Shown here piece by piece: positions 1 to 10,024 of a stretch of 24,000 nucleotides of DNA. Position 1 is the stretch's first letter. Every line of letters begins with the position of its first letter. The translations under genes and the position numbers were made by a program. This stretch comes from Mycoplasma elephantis ATCC 51980 (GTDB lineage: Bacteria > Bacillota_I > Bacilli_A > Mycoplasmatales > Metamycoplasmataceae): contig NZ_JHXU01000004.1 of the NCBI RefSeq assembly GCF_000687815.1, positions 28,366 through 52,365 on the forward strand, given 5' to 3'. The notes beneath the pieces are model-generated. The model was not told where the DNA came from. It was given only the letters and a program-made list of their open reading frames with translations, and did not search any database.

Positions 1-1488
1 TTGGTTGTTTTAACATTAAAAGAAAATCAAGATATAAACAATTATCAAAAAGAATTAATTACAAAAATAAAATCTACTAAATTTATAGATATTAATAATT
101 TAAAAGATATAACAAGCATATTAAAAGAAACTAAGTTTATAAATGAAAGAGATTCGATAAAAGCAGTAATAAAATCAATATTTGATCATTTATGAGCAGA
201 TGAAAATGTTGCTAAAAATACAATTAATACTATTAATTTTCCTAAAATATTAAATATTTCTAATTTAATATCAGATCAAGATCTAAATAAATTTATTTTT
301 GAATATATATACAAACCAACATCTAATGATAGTTTTAAATGTTTTATCACTAATATATTTAATGATTTATTTAATAGACCTAATGTTTATGGGGACAAAA
401 ATAAATTAATGGATATTATTAAAGAGTTTATTTTGAATCCTGATTATGAAAGTCAAAATAAATTATTTATAAAAAAATTAATTAGCGACGTCATTGAACA
501 TACAAATATATTGCCTAATTTAATATTTGAAAAATTAAAAGGTTTGGAAATTAATTTTATTGATGATGATTTAGTGGTTGTGACTAGTGTTGTCAAAAGT
601 ATGTTCAATGCTATGAAAGATACTAATTTCTTTGGTGATATAATTAATAATTTTTATGACAACTTAAAAAATTATTCATACACAAATGATATTTCGAAAG
701 ATTTTAAGGGTGTTGTTGATAAGGTTGTTGCTCACTTAATTAAAGATAACAATAACAAGATTGATATTAATAAAATCGTAAATAATATAATCCCCGAATT
801 ATCCAAGATAATTAACAATTCTCAATTAGATGCTAGTTTATATACAAAATTTATTAATTTATTATTTATTCGATCAGAATTCAATGAAGAAAAATCAAAG
901 GGAATTTATAAAATAATTAATGACCTCATAAATATGAAAGGCGCTAGTTCCGAGGTTACATATAATGTTTTTGATTTATTAACAAAAGCTCCTGATAATT
1001 TGAGAAAATTAATAACATCAATAATTAAACCAATTGCTAAAGCTCATATAGACGAATCGATTAATGATAAAAAACCAACAAATTTTGATATATACGAAGA
1101 TGAAAATTTTCATGCGGTTAATAGAATTGCAACAGTTCTTGCTTGATTCCTTAAAAAGAATGTGCCAAATATAGCGTTTTGATCTGTTAATGCTTCTTAT
1201 GAAATGTCAACAATTATTTTCACTGGTATAGAAAATGCATTTAATGAAGTATTATCTTCATTTAATGGTATATCAAACGATACTAAAAAGAAATATTTCT
1301 TATCTGGTTATGATTTTGCGTATAAAATATTTCATAGTAGAAGAATTACTATTAGAGAGTGAAATTATACAAAAGAAGATTGATTAGCATATATTTACTA
1401 TTATGATAAGAAAGATAGAAATCACCCGGGAAAAATGAATTCTGATAATTTGTGATATCTTCTTAAAAATGGACATTTAATGAGATAA
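1..1488 (+). CDS. hypothetical protein, C-terminal part (5' end lies outside the window); N/K/I-rich with no recognisable family
   Basis: Frame +1 is open from base 1 to TAA at 1486-1488 when TGA is read as Trp. In-frame TGAs start at 193, 1144, 1180, 1360, 1381 and 1453. This joins ORF-track pieces 1..195 and 409..1146. A hairpin terminator follows directly. Confidence 0.6.
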
Positions 1489-1490
1489 TA

Positions 1491-1517
1491 AAAAAAACAG
1501 CTAAATGCTGTTTTTTT
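1491..1517. terminator. bidirectional rho-independent terminator shared by two convergent genes
   Basis: aaaaaaacagc (1491-1501), loop taaat, gctgttttttt (1507-1517). An A-run and a T-run flank a GC-containing stem. It sits between the stop at 1486-1488 (+) and the stop at 1516-1518 (-). Confidence 0.7.
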
Positions 1518-4500
1518 ATTCTTTAATGAATTCTCCATTTTGTTTTGTTGTTTCATTATTTAGAAAAGGATAATATCCATATGCAGGTGTTTCCCTTCAT
1601 TTTCCATTTTGATTTTGACTTGTTGCATCCAATATAACTATTCCAGAAATTAGTGATTTAGTAACAGATATTCCTCTATATGAATAAGTTAAATTAACAT
1701 TTAATTGTCAGTTTAGCGATTTGTTGTCATTTCATCTTAATGTTACATCGCAACCACTTCTTCCAACTAAATTTGATCTAGTTCCAAACACAGGAAGATC
1801 TCCATCTTTTTTGAAGATTTCAGTATATTTAATTTTCTTATTATCAAATGAATCAAATTTTCTTGCCTCTAATGGAGCGTTATTGCGATATTTTTCACGC
1901 GTAAAACTTCAATCATTAAATGTTAATGTCATATCAGGTAATATTGTATTTTTAATATATGTAAATTCTAATGGTTGTGGCGCTTGATTTGGATATTTAT
2001 CAAAATGAAAGTGTAATCCATATTCTGCAAGAAATGGAGTTCAAAGTGGAATCTCCATTTTTGCATAACCGAACTCAGTACTTTCGAATACACGATCAAT
2101 TACTTTTTTAGGGTTTTCTGTTCCTATGGATTTAGTGATTTCATATGAAGTATATTTTTTACCATTTATAGTTTTGCTTATTGTATATGTTAATTCTAAA
2201 ATTCTATCATTATCTTTAGGGTTAGTTTTTATGATTTCTATTTTATAATCATTACTTACTTTAGAATTAGTTCTTTCATCATAATAAGTAATATCGCTTG
2301 TTTTAATTTCGCTAGGATCATTTACATGATACATATTTTGATAAAATTCACCATTATTTAATAATTTTAATTGAATAGATTCAGCCATATCATTAACATC
2401 TTTTTGACCGATGTTTATAAATCCACTAATTAATATTGTTTTATTTTGTATAACAGTGTCTAAACCAGTTCCCCGAGATACTTGAAATGTAATTGATTTT
2501 GTACCTTCGGTGTCATTGTTGCTATTTGTATCTTTTTTAACTAATATAGAAACTTTTTGTTCATTTATAATGTTGTCTCATGATTGATTTGTTAAATCTT
2601 TATCTATATTTTTGTAATTATTATCGTAGGAAACAATTGAAGGTAAAACATTTTTATATTGTGAAGTTTCGCCATCTTTTATGCTATCCAAAACCTTTTT
2701 GACAGCTTGTTCATTTTCATGTTTAGCTTTAGTCTTAAAACCATTCAAATAAATTTGTTTATTTATAGATACTTTATCAATACCTTCGCCAGTAGAAATT
2801 TTTAATGTAATAATTTTTTGTCCTAATTCATTATTATTTTGTGATTCTATTTCGAATTTTGCACCAATATCTTCAAATTTAGAAATTAGTAAATTAGAAT
2901 TATTAAGTAGGTTATTAATTGAATCGAATATAACATCTTCGGGTAATTTATTTTCATTGTTTGGAGTTGTAGTATATTCATTTTCAATTTGCGAAATAAT
3001 GTTATTAACTAAATTTTCATTAATTTGTTTTTTTGTTGTAAAATCAATAATTTTTATTGTTTTTTCAATTGATTTAGCATTATTTTTTGTTACTTGTAAT
3101 TTGATTTCTTTATAACCATCACTATTTATTTCATCACCTAAAATAGTTATATTTACTGATTTAGGCGCTTTTAAATAATCAAGTAATGATAAATCAATAT
3201 CATTTGCTAAAAGCTCAAAATTTCTAAAATAATTAAGTTCGCTTGATTGTTTAGATTTATTGTTTATTGTCTTGTAAGTTTCTTTAATATTTCCTAAAAC
3301 TTCATTAACATCATTTTCATCAGCTACATCTTGAGATGTTTTAAAATCACTTATGGTAATTGTGTGTTGTTTTTCAATGTTGTCCTTTTTAATATTGAGA
3401 ACAATTGATTTTGTGCCATCATTATCATTGTGTGTTTGAGATAGGATAGAAATAACTACGTCTTGTTTTGTTGCTAGAGTTGTTAAGTTTAAATTAGTAT
3501 CAAGATCTAAATTAGCTAAGTCGGAATAATTAATATTACTTGGTAAACTATTTTTATTATTTTTTGTTTCATTCATGCTTGAAATCATTTTAATGGTTTC
3601 GTCAACAATGTTTGAATTATTTTTTTCGGTTGTTAAGTATCCAGTAATAGTAATTTGAACAGTCGCTTCTCCAACTCCTTTTGTTATTTTAAGTTGTATT
3701 GTTTTAGAACCTATATCATTATTGCTTACAATATTATTCGTGTCTATGATTATGTTTGTATCCTCAATTATTAAGCTCTTTATATCAAAATTAATATCAT
3801 TATCTAATTGAGTAATGTTTAAGTATGAAACTAAATTAGGTAACTTATCTTTATGATTAATTGTTATTTTATCATTTGCTGAAATTGCTTCCAATTTGTT
3901 TTTTATTTCTTCGACTATCTTTTTGTCTTTTTTGTTTTGTTCATCTTGATTAAATGCTGCAGTTGTCTTAAATCCTGAAAGAACTATTTGAACATCTTTT
4001 GTAACTTTATTTTCATCAGTTCCTGTAGTTACTTCGATTACAAAAGTTTTAGAGCCATTATCATTGTTGTTTGTTTCCGATTTAATAGTAAGAGTCACAC
4101 CATATTTTTTAGATATGCTATTTGCGCCATCTACAAGATTTTGATTTGCTAAACACTTATCTATTTCCGAGATACCATTGATTAAACTTTTATAATCAAT
4201 ATCACTTGGTAATTTATCGTTAACATTAATCATTTTTTCTGATTTTATTTCACCAATTGCTTGATCAACTTTTTTGTGGTTTTCATCTAATTCTTTTGTT
4301 CTATAACCCGATAATTTTAGTGTTGCATTTTTATTTACATTACCTTTAATTAATTGTATGTTGAATAATTTAAATCCATCTCCATTTGTTACATCAATTA
4401 TATTAATTTGAGTTATTTTTTTCGTATCAATGAAATCTCTTTGAATATCTAATTCAATATCTTTATCTATTTCATTAAGTGAATTATAAGAAACAAATTC

Positions 4501-6819
4501 TGACGTTTTTTCTTTATTATTCAAGGTTTTTTGTTCTTTTAATAAATTTATTGTTTCTTCCAAAACAGCTAAATCTTTATGATCTTGTTCTGTTTGAAAA
4601 CCAATAACTTTTAATTCTATATTTTTAGATTGGTTATTACATTTAATTGTTACATTAATTATTTTTGTACCATCTTCATTGCTTGTGCTCGTAAATGAAA
4701 TATTGGTGTTTGTTTGATTTGCAATATTTTGTAAATCAAATGTTGTGTCTTCATCAAGTAACTTTAAATCAGAATTATAAGGATTATCAATGTACTCATT
4801 TAAATGATTTTTAGTTATAGATTCCTTATTTTTAGAAATTAATTCTATAGCTTTATCAACCATTTTTTCATCATATTTATTATTTGTTAAGTAGTTAATA
4901 ATTTTTACGTAATCTGAATTCACGATAACTTGATCATTATTATTTCCGCATCTTATTTCAAATTGGACTAATTTATATCCATCATTATTTTCTTCTTTAA
5001 TTAATTTTATCGATTCATTACTATTGATTTTTAATGTGTTATTTGGATCGTTAATTGAATCAATAAGTAATTTCATACCCCCATTAAAAACTACATCAGT
5101 TGATTTTAAATCCGAATTTTTGGTTACATATTCAGTTAAAATCCCTTGTTTAATTGCGTTTGCTCTTTGTTCATTATCATGTTTTGCTTTTGTTTTGAAG
5201 CCATAAATAGTGACTTTTTTAATTTCTGATTCTACTAATGTTGCACCAGTGCCCTTACTAATTTTTACATTAATAATTTTTTTGCCATCATTAGTATCTT
5301 CAAACAATGAAACATTAAGATTAACTTTGTGCGCATTTATCACTCTAAGGAAATTTATGCTCGTTCCATTATTGGTTAATAAATCTACGTCATTAACTAT
5401 TGTTTTAACATCATAATTATTTCAATTTACATCATTTGGAAGTTTATCTATTGTTTTAGTTATACCTTCAGTACTTAAATTGTTGAAAGCCAAGTCTACT
5501 TGTTCTTTATTAAATTGTTTTTCAGTTTTATATCCTTTAATTTTAAATGTATGAGTGCTATCAGTGGTGCTGCCACAAACAATTTTTAGGTTAATTGTTT
5601 TTTGCCCATTTACATCATCATTTGTTTCATAATTTGTTGGGTCAAAAACAAGTTTTACATTATATTTTTGTTCAATTTCCCTTAAATTTGCATCTATATC
5701 ATCATCGAACTCTTTGTATAATGTATATTTAACACTAGATGGAAGATAATTTTTGTTTTTTAATGTTATAAATGATTGTAATTCTTTTTTTGCATTGGTA
5801 ATTGCTTGTAATTCATTTTCTTTAATATATTGTAAATTAGTTTTAAAACCAGATAATGTAATTATCTTATCTTCAAAAGCATTGTTTTTTTTCACATGTA
5901 TTTTGATTTTTTTTGTACCATTTTCATCATCATTTTCAAATTTACCTGTTTCATTCAAATCAACAACATATATTTCTACATTATGTTCTTCCTTTAATTT
6001 TTTAATGTCTACATTAGGCAAATCTAAATCAATACTTTTTACATCATTGTATATAACAAGTGATGGTTTAAGATTTTGGTTATTTCCACTTATTGTGTCA
6101 TCATTTATTAACGACAATACTTTTCTAACAATTTCTAAATCTTTAGCATTATTATTGTAACCATTAATTGTGACTGTAATTTCACTTTTGGCAAGAGGAT
6201 CATCATTTTTAGCGATTATTAGAACTACCTCTTTAGTTCCTTTTTCGTCGTTATTTTTTGATTCACCAATTTTAGTTTTTCCGGTAATTATAATTTGAAA
6301 TTTATCTTCAATTTCTTTAAATGTTGACAAACCTTTATTTAATTCCATATCATTTTTGAATTTATCGAACTCTTTATAATTAAATTCACTTGGTAAAAGA
6401 GTTGAATATTGTTTAGTTTTTATACCAACTAAATAACTAGATACATCATTTTTGATTTTGTTAATATATTTTTGGTTTTCAGATTCTTCCTTTTTAAAAT
6501 CTGTTAATGTTTTTTCAAATTTGTATGATTTATTTCCTGATACAACTGTACCAAATACTTTTAATTCACCAGTTAAGTTGTTAGGTTCTAATTTATGAAT
6601 GGTGTATGTGGCGTTATTTGGAAAATTTGAAAAAAATAAATCATCTTCCTTGATGTCTGATGGTAGTTTTTGTTCCTTTTTGTCTATTGGTTTAAATTCA
6701 AGTAAATTAACATCTACATTTTGTGCTCTTTTTAAAAATAAATATGTAGTTGCTATAGCTGTTATTGTTAATGGCGCTATTAGCAAAAACCCTAATAATA
6801 TTTTTCTTTTCATTCTCAT
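1516..6819 (-). CDS. very large (1767 aa) membrane-anchored surface protein with 13 divergent tandem ~100-aa modules and a distinct C-terminal domain
   Basis: ORF-track pieces 5422..6819, 2578..5343 and 2041..2388 are all in one frame (distances divisible by 3). They are separated only by TGA (forward tca at 5422, 2578, 2041). I translated the linking segments and 1516..2040 by hand and found no TAA or TAG until 1516-1518. The N-terminus MRMKRKILLGFLLIAPLTITAIATTYLFL is a signal anchor without a lipobox Cys. Confidence 0.85.
2420..6410 (-). repeat. protein-level tandem domain array (13 recognisable modules) inside the large surface protein
   Basis: A recurring module reads (K)LPS-x-(I/V)-x-Y ... 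D-x-D ... N(D/N)(D/N)-G-(T/S)-K-x-I-x-(L/V)-x-(I/V) ... (I/L)-x-(I/L)-x-G-(F/Y)-(K/R/Q)-T. Module ends include INGYNNN, LSGFKTN, IKGYKTE, IYGFKTK, VIGFQTE, LSGYRTK, LSGFKTT, ITGYLTT, ISDFKTS, IIDFTTK, LNGFKTK and ISGFINI. The copies have diverged and I saw no nucleotide-level identity. Confidence 0.7.
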
Positions 6820-6915
6820 TGATACCCCCTTTTTTGATATCTTTATAATAAAATTATATTATTTAATGTAGTTTTTGTTAAATTTGTAGTATATTGGTAT
6901 ATAATTAAAAAACTT

Positions 6916-6992
6916 GGCGAGTGTGGCGAAGTGGTTAACGCATCGGGTTGTGGCTCCGACATACGCGGGTTCGATCCCCGTCGCTTGCCCCA
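6916..6992 (+). tRNA. tRNA-His (anticodon GTG) with encoded G-1 and CCA
   Basis: A cloverleaf folds by hand. The anticodon stem is TCGGG/TCCGA with loop TTGTGGC. The T-arm has GGTTCGATCC. An extra 5' G pairs with discriminator C73, which is a His hallmark. The 3' end is CCA. Confidence 0.9.
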
Positions 6993-7011
6993 AATGTCTT
7001 TTGACACCAAA

Positions 7012-7046
7012 TTAAAACACCGTTTATAATGGTGTTTTAATTTTCT
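7012..7046 (+). terminator. rho-independent terminator after tRNA-His
   Basis: ttaaaacacc (7012-7021), loop gtttataat, ggtgttttaa (7031-7040), followed by tttt. Confidence 0.7.
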
Positions 7047-7252
7047 TAAAATTTAAAAATTCATTATAAAATATTGTTTTTTCATTGAATATTTTTATTT
7101 TCCGTATTTAAAAATTAATATTTTAAATAAAATTGTAAATTTATAATATAATATTACAGCAATACATAAAGACAGTAACGGCACTTGCTTAATAAAGTTA
7201 CCGAATGTATATCTTGTTTTTTATATATTGCAAATTTATGAAAGGAGGCATA

Positions 7253-7759
7253 ATGGCCGACTCTAAATTTCGTTTAATAAAAAAAGAAATTGTTGAAGAT
7301 ATTACTAAAAAAATATCAAATTCTCATGGATTAGTAGTTGCTCAATACATTGGTTTAAAAGTTTCTGAACTTCAAACATTACGTCGTGAAGCTAAAAAAC
7401 ACGGTGTAGAAATAAAAGTTTATAAAAATAGATTATTTAAATTAGCTGCTGATTCACTAAAATTAAACGATCTTGATCAATATTTAGTGGGATCATCTAT
7501 ATTTGCATTTAGCAATAACGATGATATGTCTGCTGCAAAAGTTTTATCAGCTTTCGCTAAAAATAACAAGCTTTTTGTTATTAAAGCTGGTGTTTATGAA
7601 GGAAAAGTTATTGACGCAGATGGTGTTAAAATGGTTGCAAGTTTACCAACATATGAAGAATCTCTTGCTATTCTTGGGCGTTCACTACTTGCTCCCCTTC
7701 AACAAATATCAATAGGTTTAAAAATGCTTGTTGATGAAAATAAACTAATTAATAATTAA
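7253..7759 (+). CDS. rplJ: 50S ribosomal protein L10
   Basis: The ATG at 7253 lies 4 nt after the aaaggagg RBS. The product MADSKFRLIKKEIVEDI...VSELQTLRREAKKHGVEIKVYKNRLF...LPTYEESLAILGRSLLAPL matches the L10 pattern. It sits immediately upstream of rplL. The longer ORF-track start at 7205 has no RBS. Confidence 0.93.
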   Translation: MADSKFRLIKKEIVEDITKKISNSHGLVVAQYIGLKVSELQTLRREAKKHGVEIKVYKNRLFKLAADSLKLNDLDQYLVGSSIFAFSNNDDMSAAKVLSAFAKNNKLFVIKAGVYEGKVIDADGVKMVASLPTYEESLAILGRSLLAPLQQISIGLKMLVDENKLINN

Positions 7760-7789
7760 TAAATAAATTGAAAGGAATAGGATATTATT

Positions 7790-8170
7790 ATGGCAAAATT
7801 AACAAAAGAAAGTTTTATTAGTTCATTAAAAGAAATGACCATTAAAGAAGTAATGGAATTAGTTGATGCAATGAAAGAAGAATTCGGGATCGATCCTACA
7901 GCTGTTGCTGTAGCTGCAGGTCCTGCCGCAGGTGCTGATGCTGCTGAAGAAAAAACAACAGTTAAATTAATGTTAAAAAGTGATGGTGGTGCAAAAATAC
8001 CTACTCTTAAAGCAGTTAAAGAAGCTCTTAACTTATCACTTATGGATGCAAAAAAGATGGTTGAATCTGCTCCAGTTGCATTACTAGAAAATGCAAAACA
8101 AGAAGAAGCAGAAGCATTAAAAGCAAAAATTCTTGAATTATCACCTACAGCTGAACTTGACATTGAATAA
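7790..8170 (+). CDS. rplL: 50S ribosomal protein L7/L12
   Basis: 126 aa: [36 protein letters not shown], then an Ala/Pro-rich hinge [18 protein letters not shown], then a C-terminal domain with IPTLKAVKE...L..AK..VE. It is in conserved rplJ-rplL order. Confidence 0.95.
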   Translation: MAKLTKESFISSLKEMTIKEVMELVDAMKEEFGIDPTAVAVAAGPAAGADAAEEKTTVKLMLKSDGGAKIPTLKAVKEALNLSLMDAKKMVESAPVALLENAKQEEAEALKAKILELSPTAELDIE

Positions 8171-8181
8171 AATTTAATTTT

Positions 8182-8210
8182 AAAAGAATGTGAACTTCAC
8201 ATTCTTTTTA
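8182..8210 (+). terminator. rho-independent terminator after rplL
   Basis: aaaagaatgtgaa (8182-8194) pairs with ttcacattctttt (8196-8208) and runs into T residues. Confidence 0.75.
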
Positions 8211-8286
8211 ATTAATTAATTTATTAAACAAAAAATGCTTTTTGAATTAAAAAAAGCGTTTTTTTGATTTTATGCATAAAATAAGT

Positions 8287-8339
8287 AAAAAATCTTAAAA
8301 ATTAATAAAAAAGTAAAAAGTCAATTTTTAAGATTTTTT
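8287..8339. repeat. perfect 17-bp inverted repeat with a 19-nt spacer in the rplL-nrdF intergenic region
   Basis: aaaaaatcttaaaaatt (8287-8303) is the exact reverse complement of aatttttaagatttttt (8323-8339). The repeat itself is certain, but its function is unknown. Confidence 0.5.
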
Positions 8340-8453
8340 TAAATAGAAAAAATGTTTTTTATAAAAGATAAATATTTTATAAATTAGAAAGAAATAATCA
8401 TTTATTTTCTTTTATGATAGTATTACAAATTATGAAATTTAAGAAAGGGAAAT

Positions 8454-9536
8454 ATGATTAGAAAAAATTTAAAATCGAAAATTGAAAAAAATGATAAAAC
8501 TAAAATTAAAAATCAATATTATTACGAATCGGTTTCACCTATTGAATATGTTAAAAAAGGATTTAAAGGTCGTTTACGTTCAGTAAACTGAAATTGAATA
8601 AATGATGATAAAGATTTAGAAGTATGAAGTAGAGTCACACAAAATTTCTGATTACCAGAAAAAATCCCGGTATCTAATGATTTAAAATCATGAAATACAT
8701 TAACAGAAAATTGACAACAATTAGTAACTAGAACTTTTACGGGATTAACTTTACTAGATACTATCCAAGCAACAGTCTGTGACATTGCTCAAATTGAAAA
8801 CGGATTAACGGATCATGAACAAATAATATATGCAAATTTTGCATTTATGGTGGGGGTTCATGCAAGAAGTTATGGAACAATTTTTTCAACACTTTGTTCT
8901 AGTGAACAAATTGAAGAAGCGCATGAATGAGTTATAAATAATGAGAACTTACAAAATAGAGCAAAAGCACTTATTCCATATTATTCATGCGGGGATCCAC
9001 TTAAATCTAAAGTTGCAGCCGCATTGATGCCGGGATTTTTATTATATGGTGGTTTTTATTTACCATTTTACTTAGCTGCTAGAAGTAAGTTGCCTAACAC
9101 AAGTGATATTATAAGATTAATATTACGCGACAAGGTTATTCATAACTATTACAGCGGTTATAAATATCAACGCAAATTAGCTAAAGAGTCAAAAGAAAGA
9201 CAAGAAGAAATGAAGAAGTTTACTTTTGATCTAACTTATAAATTAATTGATTTAGAAAAAAAATATTTAAATGAATTATATAAAGGTTTTGAGTTAGAAA
9301 ATGGTAAAAGTTTAGCAGAAGATGCTATTCGTTTTAGTCTTTATAATGCTGGAAAATTTTTACAAAATTTAGGTTATGAATCACCATTTTCCGATGAGGA
9401 AACAAAGATTTCACCAGAAGTATTTGCTCAATTATCAGCTAGAGCTGATGAAAATCATGACTTTTTCTCAGGTAATGGAAGTTCATATGTTATGGGCGTT
9501 AGTGAAGAAACAGAAGATGAAGATTGGGAGTTTTAA
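8454..9536 (+). CDS. nrdF: ribonucleotide reductase small subunit NrdF, class Ie (metal-free) Val/Pro/Lys variant
   Basis: The reading frame is continuous from the ATG at 8454 to TAA at 9534-9536 with TGA=Trp. It aligns by eye with E. coli NrdF along its length: NWN, DDKDLEVW, NFWLPEK, FTGLTLLDT, HARSY..IFSTLC, YSGYKYQ, ADENHDFFSG.GSSYVMG..E.TEDEDW.F. Three ligand Glu positions read Val (FMVGVH), Pro (LMPGFLLY) and Lys (RDKVIH). Confidence 0.93.
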
Positions 9537-9538
9537 TT

Positions 9539-10021
9539 ATGCATAAAGATGTTATTAAAGTTAAAGGGATTAAAAAACCTACAGGTGATATTTTATGTGT
9601 TTATTATTCTAGTTTGACAGAAAATACTCACACATTTGTTACAGAAAAATTAAAATTGAATTCAATTAGAATTCCTTATGAAAAAAAACTTGTTAATAAA
9701 GATGATAAACCAGTTGAAGGTACTATTCGTGTGGATAAAGATTACGTACTATTTTGTCCAACATTTTGTGGTGGTGGCGAATTTACTGAAGGAGCAGTGC
9801 CTAAAGAAGTTATTAAATTTTTAAATGTTAAAGAAAATAGGGATCACTGTCGTGGAGTAATCGCTTCTGGAAATACAAATTTTAATGAAACTTTTGCACT
9901 ATCGGGTCCTATTTTGAGTAAAAAATTAAATGTTCCACTTTTATATCAATATGAACTTAGAGGAACACAAAAAGATGTAGAAAATGTTAAAGACATATTA
10001 AATAAATTTTGAGGTAAATAA
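9539..10021 (+). CDS. nrdI: flavodoxin-like RNR maturation protein NrdI
   Basis: The ATG at 9539 lies 2 nt after the nrdF stop. The product has CVYYSSLTENTHTFV, an NrdI-type flavodoxin motif. It sits between nrdF and nrdE. An in-frame TGA at 10010 extends the ORF by W-G-K to TAA at 10019-10021. Confidence 0.88.
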
Positions 10022-10024
10022 TTA

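Noticed and set aside
1721-1987. 88-aa plus-strand ORF.
   Set aside because: It lies antisense to the C-terminal domain of the 1767-aa minus-strand gene. It has low-complexity hydrophobic composition and no RBS, so it is a shadow ORF.
5024-6871. Plus-strand ORFs 5024..5206, 5210..5416, 5753..6160 and 6599..6871.
   Set aside because: All lie antisense within the large surface-protein gene. Their F/L/S-rich composition is typical of the reverse frame of K/N/E-rich coding sequence.
7150-7252. Possible L10 (rplJ) autoregulatory leader RNA upstream of rplJ.
   Set aside because: I could fold only a 5-bp hairpin (gtaac 7175-7179 with gttac 7197-7201). I cannot reproduce the conserved leader structure from memory. 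A covariance-model search (Rfam RF00557) would be needed.
7205-7252. N-terminal extensions suggested by the ORF track for rplJ (start 7205), nrdI (start 9524) and mraZ (start 14298).
   Set aside because: Downstream ATGs give the canonical family N-termini: MADSKF... for rplJ with an AGGAGG RBS, MHKDV... for nrdI right after the nrdF stop, and MFYGQFE... for mraZ.
7756-8163. 135-aa minus-strand ORF, and the alternative-frame ORF 7503..7715.
   Set aside because: They are mirror or alternate frames of the strongly supported rplL and rplJ genes, and their Ala/Ser-rich composition is an artefact of the rplL hinge.
8522-8785. 87-aa minus-strand ORF.
   Set aside because: It lies antisense inside nrdF.
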